Below, piece by piece: positions 36,949 to 49,680 of a DNA stretch of 64,000 nucleotides. Source of the DNA: Hydrolagus affinis (lineage: Eukaryota); NCBI GenBank assembly GCA_012026655.1, contig JAAILG010000093.1:1-64000 (forward strand), given 5' to 3'. Within the stretch, counting starts at the first letter, position 1. Each line of letters opens with the position of its first letter. The translations under genes and the position numbers were made by a program. The notes below the pieces were generated by a model. The model was given only the letters and a program-made list of their open reading frames with translations. It was not told the DNA's origin and searched no databases.

Positions 36949-37759
36949 ATTTAAGCTTTGCTGGCTGTCAATTCGCTAAACATTTACCCAGATAAAAATT
37001 CAGGCACAAAAGCAAACAAAATGCTATTTGACATTTGCCCTTTTTTTCCTATGTGAATGCTATAAAATAATTAATGATAGCAAAGTACATTCAACCTTAG
37101 TGAACTCTGTGCATTGCTCCTGGCAGTTGCAAAGAGAAAATTCAATGCAGAAAGAGCAAAAGTAGATAGTGAACTAATTTAAACAGTGTCTGAATCATTC
37201 AAATCAGCAAAAAATGCACCAGATGGGAGGGAAAAAACTACTGTAATTTGGATGGAGAAGTGAAAATGCAACCGTGATCAAGTTCATGCCTGTAGTTTCA
37301 ACCTTCGCATTGTAATGGAAAAACGAACAGATAAAGTATTAAATGTAGTTCAAGAAGAAGATCAAACACCTTTGCTGTGTCATGTCAGCGTATTTCTCCT
37401 CAGTTGTCACTTTTGGTTGGTTCAACTGGAAGAGTAATTTATAAAGAGCAGTTTAAAAGGGCATTAACACATGAACCCAAATTAAACAAACTCTGAAACA
37501 CTATAAGCTTTAATTGTGGCTGGCTTGCACTCTGCACCTGTGACAATAAAAGTTTCCACAGAACTTTGGCTGCTGAACCTGATATTTATTTTATGAGCCA
37601 TAATTGGTGGAAGGTTGTGCAGCACAGCCCTACAGCACAATGGGGCCACAGAGCTATCGGCTTACCTGGACAGGAAGGCTGTGGCATTGTCTTGTGGGTG
37701 AAGAGATTCAACGTGAGACTATGAATTTGCTACCACAGAGATGCATAGGTGCAACATGT

Positions 37760-37882
37760 AATAACAACAACTTGCATTTATATACCATCCTTCACACGGG
37801 GCAGTGGCCCAGAATGCTTAACAATGGCGGAGCTTGACGCCAAGCCAGTAGGAGTGAGGAGGTGTCCATAAGCACATGTGAT
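37760..37882 (-). mobile_element. L2 family B 3' tail
   Basis: Reverse complement matches 4240-4345 (ACTGGCTTG...GCTCCGCCA.TGTTAA...TATATAAATGCAAGTT). Confidence 0.7.
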
Positions 37883-39410
37883 AACGCATCATCTGCCATA
37901 TTTTCAACCTATACACAGCAAACCTCTGGCTTACTGGATTCCGGGTATCCGGGTGTCCGGAATCCATAGCTAGCCTGAAATAGATTTTTAAAAATTGCAC
38001 AACTGTGTAAAAGGCCCACACGTAAACCCCTGCCGGCTCACCCTCCTCACACACTCCCCGCCTTACCATGCTCAGCCGGGGATATCCATTTTGATTCAGT
38101 TTGAATCCTTCTCCTTTGCCCATCAAGCTTGTTCCTTCCACATACCACGTAAGCTATTCACAAGGTCACACAGCTCCAGACCATCATGTTTTATATCAAA
38201 TCCATTCATCTCTCTCCACTGGTCCTTATGTCTTTCTTGTTCCTAACCAGATATTCACCAGGCTCTTTTAGAAGCATTAGTCAAAACATTATTAACCGCT
38301 TTAACTGGTAGTTTATTCCACGTAGACACCGACCTGGAGAGGAGAAAAAGGGCCTCCTAAGGTTTTGCTTGTCACTTTTATGCTCCTGTTTTAGATCAAA
38401 GTATTCGACAGAGGACTTTTTATTATAAACTTGTCTATTTTACTCTTATGTGACGGGGAGAGTTTCCGCCGTTATGTTTCCAGTTATTACTAAATAAACC
38501 CATACTGCCAACCATCATCTTAAACACTTAGTTCACAGGGATCATGAGAGGTTTGGACAATTTCATCTGACCATTTCGCAAACAGCTCTTTTTTTTGACC
38601 ACCTAAATTAGCTGTATCATTACCAACAGATGATACTCCTGCTTCACCATGAAAAGGAATAAAACCTAACCTTGGTGTATTTCAGATAGGGCTGGGAGTG
38701 AGTACAACATGTCACTGGGGATAAGATAGAAGATACAAGAACAGCATTGAAATAACGGTTAGATGTGTAACACTTTGCAAAATTAGGAATTTTTAATCAC
38801 CTCGCGAAAGCTGAATTCTAAATAGCCTCCAGTGGGTAAATAAACATTTTGAATCCTGTGAAGTAAGAATCTAGCCAGTTAATGCATCAACTATTATTGT
38901 ACCATTTCTCCAAGTGTTTAGGGATTCATACTTTAATTTTGCACACCTCTGACTTTCTTCCCTCCTCTCTTGAAATCCCTGACTTTTGCTGGGATAAGCT
39001 CCACCTATTCGACTAACCATTGTTCTTACGTGCGCCGAGGCAATGAATACCAGCAGATTATTGAACCATTGGAGACCTCACATTCAGCTGAACTCTGTCC
39101 TCATTCAATGTCCAAACACTAGCACTTCACTGGTAATTCAAAATAAATCAAGGATCAAACCTGGGTGGACCCCCAATAGGCTTTGTCATTGAAAGCACTG
39201 CCTGCCAAGGTTTCCTACCGCTTGACTAGCTAGGACCACTTTACCCATTAGGGATTGGAGCTGAATGGGAATAATCTCTGCCCTCTTCTGCGTGCAAATA
39301 GTTCTCCTTTATGTACTCCCCAGCAGCACATTATCAGTGAGCCAGTTACTTGATAATAACAATCCTTGCATTTGCTTTTCAAGATGTCTCAAAGCGCTAT
39401 AAAGCGAATA

Positions 39411-40219
39411 CAGGTAGACCCCGCTTAACGAACGCCCGGTTAATCAAAGTTCACTATAACAAGGGTTTCTATTTGTACCACTTATCCACTTAATAAAGGC
39501 TGCATTCGCTATAATGAATGTTTACATACACTTTAAATCTCGTGGGCTTCTCGTGCGCAGCTTCTCATGGTAGCTCTGCAGTTGCCCCCGCAACACACGC
39601 TCAGTCTTTAGCGTGCCTCAGTTAAGCAGTGCAATGCAGCCCCTCCTATATGGGATTATCTTAAGAGGCAGGATGCTTCTTGGCTTCAATAATAGTAAGT
39701 CGAGGACTGTCTTTATTTTATTGTTTATTGTATTTAGTACTAACATTTTCATATTTTATTGTTGTATTTAAAGTTGTGTAGCCTTCAATAGCAATTATAT
39801 CTACCTTAGGCCTTTGCTAAAACAGGTTGAGCGTCCTGAATTCGGGTCCGTAGCCGAGCCCAGGTTCAGGTATTTCCGGACTTTGGAATGCCAGAAGCGT
39901 GTCAAGTGTCCGGAAATGCCTCTGCCCAGGTTGCGATATTTCAGTGTGGTGACTGTGCAGACCTGGCCTAGAGCAGGTAGAATTGGCGTTTTTATTCCTG
40001 CAATTTTTGTCACATTCCGGATTCCGGAACTCCGGATTTTGGCCACTCAACCTGTACACCGAAAATGTTAGAGCTAGGAACTAAACTGATTTTAGCGGGG
40101 AGGGTCGGGTCGGGGCAGCATTTTGGCTGCAGCCAAATACAGTAATAAGCTAAACTCTCGCTTAACAAAATTTTCACTTAACGAGGGTTTTAAAGCCTTC
40201 GTTATGTGGGGTCTACCTG
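39411..40219. mobile_element. Tigger/pogo-like non-autonomous element, family 2
   Basis: TIR CAGGTAGACCCCGCTTAACGAA / TTCGTTATGTGGGGTCTACCTG; TA duplication at 39409-10 and 40220-21. Confidence 0.9.
39823..40054. mobile_element. Nested Tigger-like MITE, family 3
   Basis: Ends CAGGTTGAGCGTCCTGAATTCGG / CCGGATTTTGGCCACTCAACCTG; TA on the right flank, AA on the left; repeated TCCGGA subterminal motifs. Confidence 0.75.
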
Positions 40220-41871
40220 TACTGTAAAGTGAATTGACTATATTTGTAGGCGAAACACAGCAGTCAATTGTGCAGTGTCCCACAAACAGTCGTGGATTGA
40301 GCGACCAAATCGATATTGTTTTTTTTCTTGAGAGATTATTATCAGGTGTCGGAGTAAGGAAACCTGCCCACGGTTTCGGGCTACCGGGAAAATAGCAGCC
40401 ACACAAGTTATTTCTCAAAAGTTCAAATTCACAAGCTGTGCTCTGGCCACAGAGAATATCACGGCATCTTCCAACAAGTGAACTGCCATAGTTGAGGTCT
40501 ACCCTGGGCTAGGAAATCGCCTTGTTTTAACATACCGGCCAGTGCGGGCAAACTTTATACAGGTTGGTGGGTCTCACGTTGATTAAATGCGGTTGGAGCA
40601 TTAAATCTAGTCTTGTTGTGTTTGGAGTAAGGAACGAGATGCCAGTTACCCTTCCAACAAATCACTGGTCTCTCTCACACTGTCCCATTACCAGATGCTG
40701 TTGAGGCCTGTGGAGCAGTAGCCCAGCCAAAAGAAGCCCTTTACAAAGGGAAAAAGTTAAGTAAAAAAAATCCCATTAATATGGTAAGTAATTACGCAGC
40801 AGTTAAAGACTAAAGCATACACTGGGAGAGTGAAGTACATCATCCACGATTAAACAGGAAACTCCACACTATTGTTTTATATTGTTTTACTGTTCAGTAT
40901 ATGGTTACATCAAGAGAAATTTCCCAGTCATTCTTCACAGTTATACAGTAGTAATCAAGGTTTTTTTTTGCGTAGATTTGAGATGAAAATCACATCAAAT
41001 TGAAGTTGATTTAACAAAGGTGACCTCAGGGAAACAGACTCATACTTCCCCAACAACTGTAACTGGCTCAAAGCGAAACTATTTAGACATGAAATTACTT
41101 TTTAAATTTTAAATTTACATTTTTAAGGTGGACTGTTGGAGCAACCTAAAGTTCCGGTTCGATGTTTGCAAAGAGTCAATTTGCTGCTGTAAACAGAGAT
41201 CTAAAAGCAATCAAGTTAAGTGCTAACCTAAGAGTGCATAAGCAAGATTTCCACTTTTGAAGTACTTTGATTTCCACAGCATGCTTCTATATTTAATTAT
41301 ATATCTCCACTCTCTCCATAAGCGCCCCGAGACACAGTTGTTATTGTATCTAATTATTTTATCCCTCTTATATAAAGAGGAGAAAGAGAATGTGGAGAGG
41401 AACAAGAGAAGAACGGTAGTCATCGGTACTGCTGCCAATAACGGCGATAAGCACTAATGTATCATGTTGATGAATCAATCTACAAATGCATTTTAACAAA
41501 GAAACACATAGGATTTAAAACAAATTATGCGTTTTGTACTGATGGATAAAAGGGTGAGACAATGGAAAGAAACAAAGCTGTTGCTTCTGTTTTCTTTCAA
41601 CATTCTCGAATTACAGCCATCATAAATTATTTCCCCCTTCATTAATGAGTCAGTATCAAAGACCTCCAATATATTGCATGTTCCAAGAACTTGTTTAGGA
41701 TCTTTAGAATTACTCATATTTCATGAAAATCTCTGTTTATAAAAGTAAATGTTAACTTATACAACTTTATCTCATATAACTTTATCAATGTTTTTCACTA
41801 GTCTTCATACGCTTGGAGGAGCAGATAATGGATTTTATATGATTCTGGCTTCCTTCCCAGAAAGGGATGTG

Positions 41872-42410
41872 GATGGGGTACCAAGGGATCAGTTTTGAAA
41901 GCCCTATTATTTGTAATATGTAAAAATTAATTGGATAAGAGAATGCAAAACAGGATTTCGTATGTTTGCATATGATGCTAAAATTGGAGACAATGCAAAC
42001 AATAAGGAATGATGTGACCAGATTTGGAAAGGGTTGAATCTTTCATGAATCTGGGCCAGCAAACTTCAAATGCTGTTAAATATAGATAAGTGTCAAATAA
42101 TTAACGTGGGAGCGGAGCCAAAATAGACAGTATACATTCAGTGGAGTGGTTATGCAGCATGCGGTTTGGGAAAGTGATTTGGGAGTTAATGTGGAAAAAT
42201 TGTTGAACCCAACAGCCCAGTCAGTGCATAGCTGCAATAAAAACATGACAAACAAGGTACTGAGTTATATAGTACAGGGAGAGAATGCAAATCAAACAAG
42301 GTAATATTGTTACTGTATTAGGCACTGATTAGATGCAAACTGGAATGTCACATGCCAGACTGTACCATGGGAGGATATTCCTATATAGCCCTTGAGAAGG
42401 TGCAGAAACT
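41872..42410 (+). mobile_element. Old CR1 RT fragment
   Basis: GGGGTACCAAGGGATCAGTTTTG (GVP.GSVL), TTTGCATATGATGCTAAAATTGG (FA.DAKIG), GATTTGGGAGTT (DLGV), CTTGAGAAGGTGCAGA (LEKVQ); many stops. Confidence 0.75.
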
Positions 42411-42870
42411 CCACAATTTAAGTTTTGTGTATTGTTGATGCAAGAATTTTATTAACTTAAGGTCTGATCTGGAATGCAATATTGTTTTATGCTTGGAATC
42501 TGCTGTTGGTCAGATTTAGCAGTAAGTGAGGTCTCTTTTGGGCTGGACTAGCTCCATTTTGAAGCAATGGAACAAGTCCACCCATTGGGACAGTCTTAGT
42601 GGACCATTTCCTGAGCTTGGCTGGTACCTAATGCTGCAAGGCACTGGTGAGGACAGATCAGCTAGCCTGGCTTATCAACAGGACTTGGAGAGGTAGACCA
42701 GTCACCGGGGCAGGGATTCTTCTCACTTGGCTCTATAAAACCTGTGGTTTAGTCTTAATGGGTGTGATCTGAGCTGGTCAAACAGCAGAAATCGTCTCAC
42801 ACCATTTTAGCTTCACTACAACTAATTCAAAGAAAATGTTTTAAAACTTTAAATTTAAATTATGAATTTA

Positions 42871-43177
42871 ACTCCTGTAGCTCAGTGGTTAGAGCACTTG
42901 CCTTACAAGCGTGAGACCTGTGTTCGAATCCAGGCAGATCAGGGAGAAACCTTGGGCAAGTTTTCTTACTCTACACATCTAATAATAATCTGTCCAAAAA
43001 AAAACAATCATAAAAATTGGTCATTTCAATCCACGACTGTTTGTGGGACGCTGCTATGCGCAATTGGCTGCCGCGTTTCTCCTACAAATATGCATTCCAA
43101 ATTAACTTCACAGTATATTCTGTGAAGTGCTTTGAGATGTCGATAAGATGTAAAAAGTACTGCATCAAAATGCAAGT
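42871..43177 (+). mobile_element. Full-length tRNA-SINE
   Basis: A box TAGCTCAGTGG, B box GTTCGAATCC. Confidence 0.9.
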
Positions 43178-46028
43178 TTTTTTTATGAATTATAAAAATA
43201 TCAATGAGGGGTCACTTGAGTCTTAAAAATAACTATTCTTGAAATCGTATCCTGTTAGCCAGACAAATTTATGACGTGAAATGGATGGTATAAATAAATG
43301 AAAAGGGTTTAAAATGTACTAAAAATAAATGAAATAAAATGAGAGGTGAGGTTGGTGGATTTGATTTATTTTGTAGTAATTATGTGATTTTAAGAGACTA
43401 AACAACTAACTTAGTTAATTTAGTTAATTCCATTAAATTGTTGATATTTATTGCCCATTATTTGAAATACTAAGACAAGTAAATTATGGAAATTCCAGAG
43501 TTAATTTTGAGGCCAATAATTTGTAGGTTCCTGCACAATACTGACTTCAAAGTTTGAATTGAAATAAAAAAATTGACGAGTTTTGGATACTGAAATGTTC
43601 CACAAATAGACCACAAGTGGAATTTCTCCTTCTGAAGCTCTTTCATTGTAAAATAGTTCAAGTTATACCATAATTAAATAATAATCCTTGCATTTGCTTT
43701 AATATCTACAAAGTCAAAACATCTCACAACACTTCCCAGATAATTGAGATCGAGTGTAGTGACTGTGTATTTGTAGCCACTATTAAAATGGCCTTCATTA
43801 ATCCAGTTTGAAATTATTTGAGCCTTGCTGGTCACTTCTAAGTGTTCAGGACAAATACTGGACAAAAACAAATAGACTTAGACTAACTCAATATTTTTTA
43901 TTGCAAAGTCAACATTCTAAACAAATACATTAAAATAACTGCTCACTTTGTATTATTGCTTGGAGTCGAGGAGTTTTTCTTTGAAAACTGCTGAAATAAA
44001 CTTGTCAAAGACTGTTTATAAAGTTTCTAAACTATTATGGAAATCAGTGGAAGTTTAATCAGGGGAAATTAATCTTTAAAATAAATAAAATCTATCTTTG
44101 TTACAGATGAGAACATATTATGGATAGGGAATAGTTGCATCAAATAACTAAGCAACGGGAAAAATTAAGAGTAAATAATGAAAATTCTGAGATGCAGGGA
44201 GAGAGCATTTAAACGTCTCTAATCTTTGGTTAGTGATTTTTTTTGTCTCAAAGAGCTTTACTGTGACAAAAGGGAACACTGAGCACTGAGGAGAGGCAGG
44301 AATTTCGGGGTGTTGACCAAAGGCAGGTCAAGAGACAGGCTTTGAAGGCAGTGAGAGGTGGAACAAGATAAAAAATATTTGGAAAGAATGTTCCATGGAG
44401 TGAGGGAGGAGAGCAGGGGATAAGAACTCAAATCCAGAGTCTCTTATCTTTGTTGCCTGTACAGAGGATGGTTTGGAGAAAACCCCATTTACAGTGACAT
44501 TCCTAAAGCATTTTTTAGTGCACAGGACAGCATATGCATGTTTGGCAGAACGTTAAATTTGATACGCAGAAAATAACTATACTGACGGAGACATGTTAAT
44601 GAGAATGTATCGAGGATATGAATAAATCTGATAGGAAGATAGAAAAGGTTTCACTTAGTATAGTCACGACCTGAAAGGCTATATTATACCCCAACCTAGG
44701 TGCATGGGGATGCAGGGCTTTGTGTGTCTTGTTATATAGAGGCTGGTTTAACATGTGCGCTGTATGGAACAGTCAAATTCAGTCATTCCCATGATTTTGG
44801 AAGACAGTCCAGATCAGACGGAGAAGTCTATCATCCAGTTCTGCCACATGATTAATGTAGTAGTTGTCTGCACAACAATCTGTCAACCAGGACCTTGAAA
44901 TGCTACTAACATCTGTGGTGGAGAGCTTGCTTACAAAGTCCATAGTCACTACAAGAGCATATCTCATCAATTCTCACACTAAGGTCTAAATCCTCTCCTC
45001 TGTTGCCCAACAGTGGATCCTGCACCATGCTCTTCATTGATAAACTCTGCACTGCTCGTTACTCTAAATGCTCACCTCCCTATAAGGCCCATTAACAAGA
45101 CATTCTGTTTTGAAGAGAAACAGTCTTCACTGTTTTTCTTCCATTATACAGCTGCCTCAACTACTTGCTATGATCATTCCTAAACAAAATTAAATGTTGG
45201 CAAATTCCAGAAACTCCTTGGTAATAAAGAAAATCAAATCAGTAAAAAAAAATGTTGTAGCTTCTTCAAACAAGAAGACACTGGTAGAATTTTCTTTTGG
45301 CAGAAACACCTAATATGTTCAAATTATTTCAAATGATATCAACATTTTGTACAATATCTGGATAATTTCACTGAATGGTTAAGATCTATTCTGACAAGAG
45401 AAACTCAATAATAACACACTAATGGACATCCAAAGTAAGGCTTGTATTGTGTAATAAAAGTGCCTCCACGACTGTGCTTTTCTATGACAGCATGTTGGCA
45501 GCATTCTACAGAATTATTATAAATGGTCCAATTTTATGATTGACTTTAAAACTGAACATATAACTACAAAGTACAATGTCTCTTAGTACATTACCAAAAG
45601 GTTTGTTTCACCTCAGTGTCTAAAGATTGCCTGGATACATCCTACAAACACACTTTCACCCCAGACTTACAGTACATATGTCATCGGCTTATTTAAACAA
45701 TAATAACTCAAATGGAAGCTAATGTACATTGGCTCCAATTAACCGACTCACACCAAACAAAGACAACAATCTCTGCTGGTAACTGCAGCTGGAATTCTAT
45801 TTCTGTGCAAAAGAATTAGTTATTGCATAACATGCTTCCTGCCCTACCTCAGACGTTGCACACAATTTCCAACTATTGCACTAACATTTTGTACTTTTGA
45901 CTGGTTAAAAATAAATTCCAGTTACATAAACTCCCACCGTGCGGCATAAGACTAAATTTAAATACTAATGCCAAGCTTGGCTTTCAATAAATCTTGAAAA
46001 TGCACATTAGCATGGATAATATAGATGT

Positions 46029-46164
46029 AATAATAATAATCCTTGCATTCACTATCAATAAAATAACAACTTAATTATATTTATAGAGCACCTTTCACGT
46101 CGGGAGGACGTCCCAACACGCTGATATAGCGCTTTATCACGTCTCAAAGTGCTTTACAGAATAC
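46029..46164 (-). mobile_element. SINE tail with a nested L2 tail (~46063-46122)
   Basis: AATAATCCTTGCATT...[ACAAC...CACGTCGGGAGGACGTCCCAA]...GATATAGCGCTTTATCACGTCTCAAAG. Confidence 0.75.
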
Positions 46165-46444
46165 CATGTTAATGAAGGTAAATTGGGACTTCATTAACAC
46201 GTAGGAATTAGAAAATTGGTAAGCATCGAGTGAGATTGTAATTTTTCCCATAGTTAATTAGTTAGTTGAGTGCATAAAGAATATGATGGAATTATCAATA
46301 CTTTTGTACCAAAATTTAAATTCTGCTATAGTCGTCTGCAAAATGCGTCACCCGTTTTATGTGAAAGAAAGCAGATGATCATTAAAATTAGTTAATTCTG
46401 TGACAATAGATACTTTTAAAAATTTACTGCTTGAATCGAGATTG

Positions 46445-46494
46445 CGTCCTCCCAACGTGAAAGGCGCTATACAAATTACATTTTGTTGTTGTTG
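46445..46494 (+). mobile_element. Ultra-short L2 3' tail
   Basis: CGTCCTCCCAACGTGAAAGGCGCTATACAAAT...(TTG)n. Confidence 0.8.
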
Positions 46495-47058
46495 CTGTCT
46501 ATATGTAGCATAGGGCTACATATAGACAGATACTTGAGATGATGTAAAACTGTCTCCAGTAATTCTGAGCTCCCCACAATGTCATCTGTGAATTGTCAGG
46601 GTTCCAGTCTACACTGCAATGTCAGAGTAGAGTTTTCCTTTCATTGCTGCTAAAGCTCAGGGAGAAATTGTGCAGCCATCACTTTTCCGTTTGCCTGATT
46701 TACCTCCTTCCAAAAGTTAAACAAATTGCAGTCTGTGACAATGCAAATAGCCTATGATCTGATGAGCCACATGACCTTTTCTCATTCCTCACTCTTGTAT
46801 GTCTTAAACAAGCAAGATTGACTTTATATTCCCAATGGACCTGGGAATCAAGTTACCATTAAACCATTATATACCAAAAAGTTGCATGTTAAATTCTGGT
46901 CTGTGTTGGTCTGTTGACTGAGCTCAGCCAATGACCGTTATTTAACAAATTTGCTACAAATAGGTTCAGAAGAGGGTTTCTTGTAATCGCTATCCAGTGA
47001 CGCCCCTCCCCAAAACGCATGCACACTTCTCCTTGATGTCCCTGTGATGTTCGTCCCA

Positions 47059-48292
47059 GTCGACCATTCAATCCTCCTGTTCCGCATCTGCTTCCACTTC
47101 AACCTTCAAGATTCAGTCCTTGATTGGGTCAAGTCCTCTCTTTCAAACCGTCTCCACTTTGTCTCTGCCAACAGCTTTTCTTCCAGCCTCCACATCGTCT
47201 CGCATGGTCTATAAATGTAATTTTGTTGTGTTCCTCAGGGCTCTGTCCTTGGTTCCCTCCTCTTCACCCTCTACATGCTCCCCCTCGGTGACATCTTCTG
47301 CAGACATGTGGTAAATTTCCACATGTACATAGATGACATACAGCTCTACCTCTCCACCTTCACCCTCAACTCCAGGACTATTGGTAAAATGACAGACTGC
47401 CCTGTCCAACATCAAGCCCTGGACAACTTTCTCCAGCTCAACGTCAGCAAGACCGAGGCCCTCCTGATTGACTTGCATCGGTGCCTCCGTACCTCAGGCA
47501 CCTGCTGCATCAGCATCCACGGCTGCACACTCCACGAAGCCAGTAAGGAACCTGGGTGTCTTGTTTGACTCTGAACTCTCCCTTTACCCCCACATCCATG
47601 CCATGACCAGCACTGCCTTCCACCACCTTCACAACATTGCCAGACTCCACCACTGTTTCACCCCTCAGGCTGCCGAAACTCTTACCCATGCATTCGTCAC
47701 ATCAAGACTTCACTATGGAAACTCCCTCCTTGTCGGCCTTCCCAACTCTTCCATTCACCAGCTGCAAATCATCTAAAATTCTGCAGCTCATGCCTTCTCC
47801 TGCACCAGGCTCTGTGACCCCTTCACCCCCACCCTTCTCCGGTTCCATTGGCTCCCCATCCGCCAAAGGATAGAATTCAAGATCCTCATCCTCGATTTCA
47901 AGACCATCCATGGCCTTACCCCCTCCTATCTCTCCGACCTGCTGACTCGGTATCAACCTGCCCACCGTTCAGCAGGCTGCAGTCTGCTCCACGTCTCCCG
48001 CCCCCACCCTACCAACGTTGGCTAGCCTTTCAGCCTCTCTGCCCCCCACTCTCTGGAACTGAATCCCACAGTCCCTCCACCTCGCATCCTCCTTTGCCTC
48101 CTTCAAGGATGGTCTCAAGACCCTCCTTTTCGACCATGCCTTCAGCTGCCCTCCCTCCTCTCTACCTCCCCTCATCCCTGCCCCGCTTCTCCCCCATGCT
48201 CGGGTCCTCTGACACCTGACTGTTCAGAGCCTTAGGACATCCTCCTGATGTGAAAGGTGCTCTACAAATGTCATTTTGTTGTTTTTGTTGTT
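47059..48292 (+). mobile_element. L2 RT/C-terminal region to 3' tail, decayed
   Basis: [18 protein letters not shown] (YADD-like), [39 protein letters not shown], then tail. Confidence 0.93.
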
Positions 48293-48949
48293 GCCTTGCA
48301 ATGCAGTCATTCCCTTGCATAATGCAGTAGCTCCTTTAAAACACACTAACATTAATTTTAAATGATTGTCTAGGCATCATTGAGCACAGCGAGTAATGAC
48401 AGCTCCATGACTAAATACCTGACCTGCTGTTGTGTCCACCTGGAATCCAACAAAACCTAACCTACATAGAGAATAAATAAGGACGTGAATCCAGATGTTC
48501 TTGTGAGTCAAAGGTTGCTGCAATTCCTCTCTAAATTTGTTGTTATATTACAATCATTTAGAAAGACCCAAGGGCTCTAACAAGCAAATGCAAATTGTCA
48601 GCACTAAACGGTCCCTAATCAAATGTTATTGTATTTTTTATACAGTACAGCACAGGTATATTAACAAAATAAGTTCTTTTTTCAAATATATTTTTCCTCC
48701 TCTTTTTACGCGATCTGCTGAGCACATGGGTAGGCAACCTTCTACCATGGTCCTGCCAGTACCACTCTGACCGGCTGCCAGGAGATACATGACAGAAACC
48801 TGTTGTGACTCATTCTTCAATTGTGATTTCTCTCTGTGGGTTAAAGGATAACTTTGGCACCACTTCCTGACCGCAAATAACACATCACAAACATATACAA
48901 TGGTGACCAAACTACGTCCTGTCACTCTGCAAAGCTAATGTTATTACAT

Positions 48950-49680
48950 AACAACCACAACTTGCATTCGTATAGCACTGCACTCCACGCCAAGCAGCGT
49001 CCCAAATTACATTTGTCGAGCGCCTTTCACATCAGGGGAACATCCCAAGGCCTGAACAGTCAGGGTTCAGGACCCAAGCATGGGGGAATGTGGGTGGCAG
49101 ATTAGGAATGAAGGAAGGCGGGGATGGGGCAGCTGAAGGCACGGTCGAAACGGAGGGTCTTGACTCGGGCCTTGAAGGAGGCAAGGGAGGGAACAAGGCG
49201 AAGGGATTGTGGGATGGAGTTCCAAAGAGTGGAGGCAGAGAGGCTGAAAGCCTTGGCATCAATGGATGGGTCTGGTGGGAAACATGGAGCAGGCCGGAGC
49301 CTGCTGAGGGGAGGGAGCGGACAGGTTGATGGGGAGCCAGGAAGTCAGAGAGATAGGAGGGGGCAAGGACATGGAGGGCCTTGATAATAAGGATTATCTT
49401 GAATTTCGATCCTCCGAGAATTAGGGAGCCAGTGGAGCTGGGTGAGGGGGTCACGGAGCCTGCTGTGGGAGAGGACACAAGGTGCAGAGGTTTGGATGAT
49501 CTGCAGTTTGTGGAGGGAAGAGTTGGGGAGGCCGACAAGGATGGAGTTTCTGTAATTGAGCCTTGAGGTGACAAATGCATGTGTGATGGTTTTGGCGGCC
49601 TGAGGGGTGAAGCAGTGGTGGAAATGGGCAATGTTGCAGAGGTTGTGGAAGGCGGTGTTGGTCATGGCACGGATTTGGGG
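48950..49680 (-). mobile_element. L2 C-terminal region to tail (nested tails at 48950-49030)
   Basis: AFHNLCNIA, HAFVTSRLNYRNSILVGLP, LHWLP on the minus strand. Confidence 0.9.

Larger units (their letters stand above)
39353..40390 (-). mobile_element. tRNA-SINE interrupted by two nested MITEs
   Basis: Tail at 39353-39410 resumes at 40220 as TACTGTAAAGTGAATTGAC. Confidence 0.85.

Noticed and set aside
37912-38085. Additional Tigger-like MITE (CCGG-rich start)
   Set aside because: Only one putative end is visible, with no matching TIR or TSD; too weak to call
39801-40071. Overlapping ORFs as a transposase
   Set aside because: They lie in a non-autonomous MITE; no DDE or HTH motif visible
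41365-41381. TATA box inside a 6-bp hairpin
   Set aside because: Short enough to be chance; no promoter context
49032-49631. 199-aa Pro/Ser-rich ORF
   Set aside because: Alternative frame of an L2 fragment
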